Below, one piece after another: positions 1 through 9,689 of a stretch of DNA of 64,000 nucleotides; positions within the stretch are counted from its first letter, which is position 1; each line of letters begins with the position of its first letter. The stretch spans positions 56,234,001 to 56,298,000 of the forward strand of contig NC_045705.1 in the NCBI RefSeq assembly GCF_009834535.1, written 5' to 3'. A model generated the notes under the pieces. That model had not been told where the DNA came from. It ran no database searches and saw only the letters and a program-made list of their open reading frames with translations. This stretch comes from Camelus ferus (taxonomy: Eukaryota). The position numbers were made by a program, and so were the translations under genes.

Positions 1-339
1 TCAGATTTTCTTATTTGTCAGTCTTTAAATGACTTGTGGCAAGACCTAATTATAAATTTTATTTCCAAACATTTATAGGACTACTTGGATTTTCTATTTC
101 TCCCCTTTGCCTAGTTTTGTAAGTTGTGTTTATCTAAGAATGTGTATTTTGGATAAACATATTTGTATTTATTGGTTATATATTACTCACTATGTATCTT
201 TATGATCTTTCAATGTCTTCAGAAGTGTCAAGATATTGCCTTTTTTCATTACTGATGTTGGTTTTATATGCAATCTATCTTTTACACTTGCTAGTCATGC
301 AGTAGATAAATAATGTCATTGACCTTTCAAAAGTCATTT

Positions 340-625
340 TCTGGGTACACCAGAAGTAGAGACTAAGGCAGAATTTGGGATGGAAAGTATTTATTAGGAA
401 TCAACACCTGTGAGGGGAAGAGAGAAAGCAGAATTTGGCAAAGAGAAAAGTGAACTGCAACACAGACCTGACAAAATCTTGGCCAACACCAGGGACTCTC
501 TGCAATATGACTCCAAAGAATTGCCCACATCAGGTGGAAGTGGCGAACAAACACATTCCAGATTCACTCATTCATCCAATGTGGGAGCCCTAAGAAGTGT
601 GTGACCTCAGGGAAAAGGCTTTCTG
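340..625 (-). mobile_element. Old ERVL-type LTR fragment (LTR16/LTR33-like)
   Basis: Resembles these LTR consensi (gtatttattaggaatcaacacctgtg...gaactgcaa); similar to the copy at 38215. Confidence 0.45.
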
Positions 626-1369
626 AAACTAAGGCAAATCATAGGACTCTGTTCATGTCATATCCCTTAACTCAAAAGGTTCACGCCAATTTTACTCACT
701 TCTCTCTCACCTACTTTCTTCCAGTTGCTCTTTGAAATGCAACATTATTTTATGCAACTAATTTGAGATTTTCAAAAATCATTCCCAAATACTCTTTATA
801 TTTTCAGAAATATATACGCATACATCCTAATATATTAGCTATTTTCTCTTTTATAATGAAAACACTGATATTAAAACACTTTTTAGGAAATCTTCTTTTT
901 AAATGACTTCTTTTTTTCTGCCCTTTTTTAGCCCTATTAGTGCAATCTTTCCTAACCCATTTCTGAAATGATGTCTGTAATGTACTAGCCTGACTTTCCT
1001 AGGCAGATGTCTTTACTTCAGCTTACCACTCAGAACTCAGTTTCCTCATTTCAGGTTTTTCATTACCAAGGGGATGTTGTGTAAGGCAGAACAGCCCCTT
1101 CTTTAGAAAGTTCCCCTAATGTGTCTTGATTCTAAAAAAGGAAAATAAATGCTTATGTCTGGCTGAGTGGACTCATCTTAATTAATACATTGTATAGCTC
1201 CTCCTGGCTTCTACTGTATCTGATGACATGCTGCTGCCTACCCATTCCAAACTCTCCATCTGGGGTTTCTTCCTTTAAATGCAGTCAGTGGGATGTGGAC
1301 TTAGTACATATTTTTATCTAATATCTCAACAACAATATTAATAATAACAAAAAATTGTGTTACCAAGCT

Positions 1370-1540
1370 TTGATTAATGATATTTACATTCATTATAACA
1401 TTTAGCCCTAGAAATTATTGCAATTATTTAGCAAAAGTGAAATTGAGTCAAAAAGAGGTTAAATAACTTGCCCAAAGTCTCAGAGCTAATAAGGGATAAG
1501 CCACCATCCTAAGCTGGTCTCTGTAGCTATATCTTCAACA
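1370..1540 (-). mobile_element. MIR SINE
   Basis: MIR core: gaggttaaataacttgcccaaagtctcagagcta. Confidence 0.7.
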
Positions 1541-1763
1541 GCATAAACAACGTTCCGCAAACTCTACCCATGCACTAACATACTAAAAATCTATTCCTGA
1601 TCTAATTTTTTTTTTCCTTTTCAGCTAATTCAAGAGTTCCATGGCACCTCTGCTAGAATTTTCTACTTTACTATACCATTCTCTCACCCTGCTTTCAGTG
1701 ACTGAATACCAAATGTTGAGACATACCAAATTGTAAGCACACAATTTCACTTTTAAAAATAGG

Positions 1764-1769
1764 TTTATT
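1764..1769 (-). terminator. Probable MMP26 polyadenylation signal AATAAA
   Basis: TTTATT on plus strand, about 160 nt past the stop codon. Confidence 0.6.
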
Positions 1770-1929
1770 GTGATCTGGAAGTGTTCTGAATTTTGACTCA
1801 GCTGCCCTAAGTTCCATTCCTTTGGGGCTCATTCGATTGGTCTCAGAGGTGGATTTAGTGCTTTGAGTTCTTAGATCCTCCAGTGAAGCCACTGAAAGGC
1901 CAGATTGAATGATTTCTTCTGTGCCAGCA

Positions 1930-1958
1930 TTAGGGCTTTTTAGATGAACATCTTTCTC
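1930..1958 (-). CDS. MMP26: MMP26 coding exon 6 (C-terminus GERCSSKKP*)
   Basis: Acceptor TCTTCTGTCCCCATAAG|GA; TAA at 1932-1930; matches human GEKCSSDIP* in length. Confidence 0.88.
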
Positions 1959-4900
1959 CTTATGGGGACAGAAGAAAACAGTAAACTCCAAGTGGAATTT
2001 CCTGCCCAGATCCCCGCCCTTTCAGCAGGCACAGACCATAGAGTTGCTGGATTCTTTGGATATCGTCAACACCAAGGTGGAAGGTTCTAAGGTCCCGATA
2101 CATGTATCTGGGGTACATTATGGAGTTCCAATTCCTGGAGTGCTGCAGGCCCAGAGAGTGACCTAGCTCATGAATGGCAACCAGGAACAGATTAAATCCT
2201 GAAAAGGAACAGACAAAAGGATAAAAATTATATATGCATAGGAAAGGCAGAAAGTCTGTAAAAAAAAAAAAAGGAAGAAAAAAGAGAACAGAAAAGGAAG
2301 AAAGAGCAAATGTAAGAGTGCAGGAAAAAAGCAAAGAGAGGTGGACAGAATCTAGGTGAGAAACAAAATGGCAAATTAAAATGAACAAACTGGAAGTGAA
2401 CAGAAGTTGAGAGAATGATAAATGGAAACAAAGGGATAAGAGAGAGAACGCACAATATGATGATGTTTATCATAGAAGTATCTTTGTTCAGAAGTGATCC
2501 CACCTCCCCCCACTCATTAGAAGACCCAATTCCTCAGCTAAATCATCCCGCCTCACCCTGGCCACTCTGAATCCTGCCTTCTACCTTCTTCACAATATGC
2601 TAGGCCCAAATGGAGACCATCAATACCAACCCCCAAGCTCCCGGAGAGTTCTAGCACTCCCACCAGTTCAGGTCTTTACCTCTGTATGAAGTCGACCAGT
2701 GTTCTCCCTTGTCAAAGTGGATAGTTCCTGCAGCTCCAGAATTTGGTAAAAAGGCATGGCCTAAGACACCACCTGGCCCATCAAATGGACAACCATCTCC
2801 ATGGGCTGTGAACGACAGAAACTATTGCCACAATAGGGTTTCGCAGGCAAGGGCAGGAATGGTCTTAGGTAAGCCTCAGTGCCTCAGTGCCTCATGCACG
2901 CTGCAACTGCTACTGCTGGAGAGGTGAGAGGGCTGAGGCACCATCTATGTAGAAAAATAGGATGGGGCCAAAAATCTAGCTACTCCCTATCTTCTGTGGC
3001 AAAAAAAAAAAGAAAGGAAAGGTGGAAGAGACTGAGTGAAGGTTGTATGTTAAACACAAAGATCTCTTCCCAAAATGGAGGAAAAGAGGGGAAGGGAACT
3101 TAGGCACTGCAGGCTTTCATAAATAGGTTTGATCAACTCAGTAGCATTTCAACAGATTTGAGAGCCACACAACTCTCTTTTGACAGGAGAATGTGCAATA
3201 GGCTTTCCCTCGCTTTATTCACACAACAGTGCATCCTCCAGTCCCCTACCTACTACCTCATTGTTCCAAAAATATCTTTCCTGGTATAGGTTTATTGATT
3301 TCCATTAGGGTTTTGCCTTCCTTTTTTCTCAGCAGCTAGATTAGACGGACTAGGTTTTTGTTTCAGAACTGAGACCATTTGCCTTTTACATGGGACACCA
3401 TACCCTCCCTCCCATGTTATTTTCTAACCCAGCTCCCAGAAAGAAATCTTGATGTCTGCATCTTCACTCTCCACTTGCTGGAAGATCAAGGGGGTCACAT
3501 TGCTCCAGATGGAAACTGCATCATGTATAATGTTTTTCACTGTGGATTGCTTTAGATCATTTGGGTAATTGATAATCCTGAAAGAAGAAATCTTTAAGTA
3601 GAATAGCTCAAAGGTATAGGAATAATCCAGCTCTAAAAAGGCATGACTCTGCTTTGGAGAAAATCACTTAATACTTTGGGGCCTTATTTTACTATCCGAA
3701 AAGAGAATAAACCCCAGACAAACTGAATCAAAAGCCCAGGAAATTAAACCTGCAAAATACAGATGTTTAAGAATTTTTACAAATTCTCCACATTGTTCTT
3801 ATCTACACTAAGTCCTGAGAATGACAGCCCTATAGGGTAATTGTGAGGAAAAAAATCATGATGGACTCCATTGAAATGTATGGCATTTCATATAGTTTAG
3901 TATTGCTTTGTTTTGGCTATCCCCAATAGCCAAAATGCTTAGGATCCCCAGTAGAATAAGTAACATGGATGTGGAGCAAAAATACATCAAATTATATCCT
4001 AACACCCCCCTCCCCCTCCCTACCCCCACCACTTACACACAGGGGGATAAAAGTATGTTTAGTTAAGGGAAGAATGATAGGTTCACAGCCAAAGAATGGT
4101 AGTTAGGCTCCACTTCCAAAAGAGATGATCTGGGGAAGCTAGAATGAGAACTGAGAGAATTGCCTTTTCTGAGGAAGACTGGGGGCTTTGGAGAGACTGC
4201 CAGCGAAAGCAGAAGACAGTAGAGGTGCCTCCAGGAGGGACATTGCAGGCAGTCACCCCGCTCATCCCTCCAGGCCATAACCACAAGCACCTGTAGGTCA
4301 GAGTGTGCTTATTCCATTTAGAACTTGCTGCAGAGGCGGAGTCGTGATCAACATCAGTAACTCCACAGCGGGGCTGGTGTAGCACAGTCAGCGTTTGCTC
4401 CTCCCTCAGGTTTGCCTCGTTCAGATGGAACTGCGGCAGGAGCTGTATCTTTTCCCCCTGGGTAAGGAGTGATGGTTCTTTCTTGGTCAAGAAAAACTGA
4501 TGGAAATAGTCCTGGGTGGAAGATTGGGAATGAGGAGTACTTAGAGACAGCAAGGACAGACTCACAGCATCAGTAGCCCAGGCATAGCCTCCTTTGAAGG
4601 CCTGGGAAGGATGGTGCTTTGTCTCTCTGGTCTTCTTAAATGTCTTATTCTCAGCTGAATGATGGCAACGATGCCCGATTCTCCTGTCACTCAGTAGGTA
4701 ACATTAAACATGGGTGCTAAAATTAAAATGGCCTGGATAACCCATTAAAACTTCTCTGAAAATAAAGCATTAAATTTTCAGAACAGAGAGGCCCAAAGGC
4801 AAAAGTTGTCAGGGTAGGGAAAAACTACCCCCCTCCCCATCTTGAGTTCCTGTCGCTGGACTAATAATAAAATTAACACGAGACAGATTAACAGGCGAAA

Positions 4901-6541
4901 AAGAAATACATTCTAGTTCATGCACATGGGGTCTCATAGAAATGGGACTTAAGAAGTGGCCAAAGCAGGCAGCTTTTATACTTCTTAGACAAAGAAATGA
5001 TATATTTGGGAGGAATTGACAGGACAAAGAAACTTAGGTTTGGGTGCCCAACTGGTGAAGAATCTAAACAGAGTTTGGGCTTGGGGTAGTAAAGTTAAAA
5101 AGTAACAGCGTTTGTTTATCTAGGACTCTTGGCCTGGATTCCTCTTTGGTGGTAAGGGTGTCCTTCTACCTCCAGATGCAGGGAGCGCACCTTTTATACG
5201 AGAGATTTATTTCCTGCTTTCAGGGAGACAGAAAGGAAGATCAGGGTGTCCCTCTTGGGTCGGCCATTTCTTAAGCAACTTTAATTCAAAATAATCATTG
5301 TGCCATTGAGGCACATTTTGGGGCAGTCCATTCTGGGCTCCAGAAAGGTCATGAAGGTATAGATGGGAATTGCTCAGGGAAAATGACCTCTGATCTTTCT
5401 CATCGATTAAAGTTTTCTCAGTCAGGACAGAATCTATGACTCCTAGGATATAGAATTTAGCTGCTTCTGTATACTCAGTCCATTTGCATTTACATATCAA
5501 TTCCATTAAAATACTTCTAAAAATCTCATTCTTCACCTACTCCCTGTCCAACACTGACTTTCTTAACAATCCAGTGAACTAAACTTCAACCTCCAGGGCA
5601 GGGAGTGAAGGTGGGGAGGCACATTGTATTATAGTAACTCTTTCTACATCTTTATTTGAACTCTAGCTGGGCTGAAAGTACTTTAAGGGCATTGCTCATG
5701 TCTAATGAAATTTGGTCTATACTACAATTCTTATAAATCATACTTGATCTTTGATTGATATTTGAGATTGATTGATTTTTGAGTTTTGTATAAAATTGCA
5801 TTCTTATTATACCTTTAGTCTATTGTGACCTTGGCTGGGCACTCAGAGGCACATGATTTACCAAATTTTTCTAGGTTAGATATTAGCAGGAAATTTTACC
5901 AGGTCCCTGAATGATCATAAAGCAGATGACTGAAACCAGTTATAAAGAGTTTTAGGTGTTTTGAATGCAGTTTCTTGAGGAATTTGAAAGTGTTTGGTAG
6001 ACAGGTTTAAGAGATTTCTCAGTCAATAGGAAAAACACATCAGTCCATTTGAATCACTTCCCCAGATCCCTCACCACCTAGTAGGCTCAGAGATCCAGAC
6101 CTCTGAGTGTACACTTTGCCATATGGAATAATAGAAGAGTGAGACATGAACATTTGCACTGAATTATTCATTAGGTACCATAAGCAAAATTTATTAAACT
6201 CTTACCTGGAAGAGTAATTTGTATAAGCACCATTCTTTTACCAGCCCCCACAAATGATTTCATTTATTTTAAAATCAGAAGAAAAGAAATGAACTTAGAG
6301 ATTGAAGAGAATGATTTACTATGAAACAGTAAATATATTTGTCTTTATACCATGAAGCAATGTGTATACATATAACACACATCTGGGAGAAGAACCCACC
6401 ATAGTCATAATGTGATAATGCGGTCCTGATTAACCCACCTACCTTAGCAAAGTCCAGTCCTTTAAGGTCTGTAGCAGGGGGCACTGGGAAGGCAAGGCAC
6501 CATGGCAGGAAAATTGTAGCTTTGAAGATGTCAGGCTGCAT
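1930..6541 (-). CDS. MMP26: Matrix metalloproteinase-26 (matrilysin-2/endometase), six coding exons, 261 aa, intact
   Basis: Manually spliced exons 6541-6443, 4511-4291, 3577-3429, 2805-2680, 2198-2037 and 1958-1930 (99+221+149+126+162+29 = 786 nt). All introns are GT-AG and the frame is open. Features: signal/pro region [22 protein letters not shown], switch [18 protein letters not shown], structural-Zn [16 protein letters not shown], Met-turn IMYP, no hemopexin domain. Colinear with human MMP26 as I recall it. Confidence 0.95.
2037..2198 (-). CDS. MMP26: MMP26 coding exon 5 (catalytic Zn motif and Met-turn)
   Basis: Acceptor CCTTTTCAG|GA; [54 protein letters not shown]; donor G|GTCTGT. Confidence 0.95.
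2680..2805 (-). CDS. MMP26: MMP26 coding exon 4 (structural Zn/Ca sites; absent from ORF track)
   Basis: Acceptor TTCACAG|CC; [42 protein letters not shown]; donor G|GTAAAG. Confidence 0.93.
3429..3577 (-). CDS. MMP26: MMP26 coding exon 3 (absent from ORF track)
   Basis: Acceptor TTTCTTCTTTCAG|G; [49 protein letters not shown]; donor G|GTTAGA. Confidence 0.93.
4291..4511 (-). CDS. MMP26: MMP26 coding exon 2 (prodomain, cysteine switch)
   Basis: Acceptor CCACCCAG|GAC; [12 protein letters not shown]...HQPRCGVTD...KWNKHTLTY(R); donor CAG|GTGCTT. Confidence 0.93.
4807..5343 (-). mobile_element. ERV1-type solo LTR in MMP26 intron 1
   Basis: Begins tgtcaggg and ends with ttttggggcagtccattctg, the reverse complement of a typical ERV1 LTR start. 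Confidence 0.6.
6443..6541 (-). CDS. MMP26: MMP26 coding exon 1 (signal peptide and start of prodomain)
   Basis: ATG at 6541-6539; [33 protein letters not shown]; donor AAG|GTAGGT. Confidence 0.93.
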
Positions 6542-6598
6542 GGCAAAGCTCATTTCTCCCCAGCCTGAATTCATGTACCAAGCATGGATCAGCAGGAC

Positions 6599-6631
6599 TT
6601 TATAGCCGTGCCAGCAATGCCCAGTGACTCA
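6599..6631 (-). promoter_or_regulatory. MMP26 proximal promoter: TATA box and AP-1 site
   Basis: TATAAA on minus strand at 6604-6599, 58 nt upstream of the ATG; perfect TGACTCA at 6625-6631. This is the typical MMP promoter layout. Confidence 0.75.
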
Positions 6632-8022
6632 CACTGCCAGTTTCTCCTTTCTTTGCATTGGTTCTTGCCGTCACTGCCCATTCTGGGTTGAACGCAGAGC
6701 CAGCCTGCCAGAGTGATGCCAGCAGCCATGGGATTTATTTTCACCTCCATTTCACACCTGACAGCCCTCAGGACACATGGCCATAACCTTGGTTAAGGAA
6801 ATACTGGAATATCTCAGATTATAGGGGATATTATTCTTTAAAAATAGAGGGGGGAAAAAAAAGAAACAGGAGACATAGGAACAATTTATTAAAGCTTTAT
6901 CTGATATAATTTCTTTACTAGTCACCGACAAATATCTTGCTCCAGAAGCTAAAAAGAGAAGTTGAGGAAGGGAATAGCATCCCCTGTAGTGAAGACTCAG
7001 GTCATAATATGAAAAAAAATCCCACCTAGGAGAGAGAGGAACCCACAGAAAGAGAAAGTTGCTGTGTTTGAGAATGTTTGAGAAAATACATCATTGATAA
7101 TAAATTGAGAGAGACACAGAGATAAGCATACACACCCATAAGGTTTGAGCTGATAACCTTTGAAATCACAGGTACGGGTCTGAATATCAGCTCTGCTACT
7201 TAAAAGCTGATTTGCCTTAGGCAAGTTATTTAACATTATAAAGCCTGACTCTGACTTGTTCTTGAAATTCTGGTGCAGAATTGTTAATAAGTGAAATCCC
7301 CATATGTTTACAGACTCATAAACTATACCATAGACTCACTGAGGACAGAAACTTCTTTGATTTGCATTGACAGCTGTAGTACATTCTTTGGAACCTAAAA
7401 GGAACCTCTTATTTATTAGATGAATGAAAGTGTTCAGTGAAAGCATCTCATGGCCACTAACGAGACTGGATGTAAGTTCTTTGTGTCTATTTTGCTAGTG
7501 GTAAATATGAGCATGTAACTCAGATCTCTTGATGTACAGCAGAAGATAATCATAATAACTTATTAAGTACATATGCTGTGCCAATAATGCACTGTCTCGC
7601 TTCATGAACACAACCATTTGTGAAGTAGAAGTTTTATTTTCATATTATTGTTCAAGAAAGGAGGCTTCACGTCATTTAACTGTCATTTAGATAGTCACAA
7701 TGCTCAAAGTGATATGTAGACATTATAAACAAAAAGTATTCTACTCTGAAAGCAGCATTTTTAATCACTGGACTGGACTGCCAATTTCAAAGGGCTTGCT
7801 CCATCTCTCGTGATGCCACAAGCTGCCGTGATGCTGTTTCTGGCACTCCCAGTGTGCACCAGCAGTCTGGTTAGGCAGACTCAGGTGAGCAGTCACCTGT
7901 AAGACGGGCCCAGTGTTCAAGTAAATGAGTGCAGGATGCTGAGACCTAGGTAACCTACGAAAGTAAATAAGTGACTTATTAATGATTTAGCTACAGATAA
8001 GAAGTATGTATTTGAAGTATAG

Positions 8023-8185
8023 CAGTGTTTCTCAAAATGTAATGTGAGTACGAATCATCTGAAGATGTCGTTAAAAGTACAGATTTTGATTTAAAAGGTC
8101 TCAGATGGGCCTAATATTTTTAGTTTCTAACAAGCTCCTAAGCGATGCTAGTGCTGCTTGTCTGAAGATTATACTTTTTGAACAG
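8023..8185. mobile_element. MER5A-like hAT-Charlie DNA transposon remnant
   Basis: cagtgtttctcaaa...tttctaacaagctcc...tttgaacag termini. Confidence 0.7.
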
Positions 8186-9369
8186 TTATGATGTAGTGGC
8201 TGTTGAGAATATAGGGAGTGTAGAAGCTGTGAATTCAACCAGATAATTTTTAGAATGGATACTAGATTTTTATATTTTGTTTAAAAAATGAGGACCTTTG
8301 AGAAATAAGAACCCATGTCTCCTCCCACCCTCACCTATACTTTCACCCTCTTCATCATTCTCATAGCATCTGATGCCTGGGGATAGAAAAAAATCTGGCT
8401 TATGTCCAAAATCTTTCCCAGCAGAGTATAGATTGTTTGCCAGCTCCTTCTGGGTAAACTGTCTCAGTGGCAGAAGGAAAAATATTTTTGAAGCACAGAA
8501 ATATATGACCTCTGTTTCCGTGATTGAGGTAGTAAGGTGGCATAGGGAGATTTGGGGGGACATTTTCCGGAGCTGAGAAATTATTGCCTTTGTCATGCCA
8601 TCGATAACTCTGCTGGGAAAGGGTGACTCTATGTCTAATTCATCCTGAAATAGAAGAAATGTTTCCACAACTGAACCTGACTTGGTGCTTACACTGAGGA
8701 AAGAGTTACTGCTAGAGAGTTTAGGGGATAATCAGAGATTGGAACAAGGGGACTGGGCAGGCATCAAAGTTCCTTTGGTGGTACTGAGCAACACAGATGT
8801 TTAATTATCATCCCATTGAATTATTTAATTATGTAAGTGTACATTTTCTCTTCTAAAACTATCCTGCATTTACAATTTAATTTTTCTGTCCAGAGAATGC
8901 CATGCAATTTGTGATGCAAAGGTTATTATGATACAAAGCCTGCCTTAAATTAGTTTACCAGCTCATAGAATGACCTGTAAATTATACAATTGTGAGACAG
9001 TGACCAGCCTTGTAATAAATATATATACAAGTTAGACTCGAGACTAACTGGATGAGATGTTAACCTGCCTGGGTTGGGCAGAGGAAGTAAGTAAAGGAGA
9101 TGAAGTACTCTGGGTTTTATATTTTAAAAGTTTGTAGGAATTCAGAAGAAAAAGAACCTTAGGTCATTACTTTTGGTTGGAGTATAGGTTTGTATTGAGC
9201 AAATCTCTTTCATGAAGATAAAAATTAAGAGAGATGTAAGAAACAGGCGAGGGTTTTAGAAGTCATATAGAATAAATTATAGTCTTTACATTTTATAAAT
9301 GTGTATTTGTATTATCAGTGTTTATTCAAATAAATATAACAATAATTATAAAAATGATAACCATAATAA

Positions 9370-9530
9370 TAAGGAGCGGCCAACTTTTACCAGTCATTAA
9401 GTGTCACACGCTATTTGCATGAATTGTTTCATTATTCCTCATTTTACAGACCAGGGAATTAAAACTCAGAAAGTTAAATAATTTTTCCAAAGTTGGGAAG
9501 CTTTAACTAGCAGAGTCTGCAATGTTTACC
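9370..9530 (-). mobile_element. MIR SINE
   Basis: cctcattttacagaccagggaattaaaactcagaaagttaaataattt. Confidence 0.65.
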
Positions 9531-9560
9531 TACAATACACACACATACATACACACGGGA

Positions 9561-9592
<32 letters not shown>

Positions 9593-9689
9593 TGCACACA
9601 TATGTATTTTATAAAAATTGTACATGTGTAACCAAACATGGATCTGCCTACAGATCCAGAAGGAGCTCCACAACCTAGTTCCAACCTTG

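Noticed and set aside
1930-1941. C-terminal KKP as an ER-retrieval signal
   Set aside because: The lysines are at -3 and -2, not the canonical -3 and -4, and di-lysine signals act on cytosolic tails of membrane proteins, not luminal enzymes
1960-2388. 142-aa ORF with HELGH motif as a stand-alone protease
   Set aside because: It is MMP26 exon 5 read through into introns; the N-terminal part is the intronic pyrimidine tract
4083-4565. 160-aa ORF
   Set aside because: MMP26 exon 2 plus flanking intron sequence
8270-8668. 132-aa minus-strand ORF
   Set aside because: It starts at GTG with no recognisable domain; kept only as a possible non-coding exon
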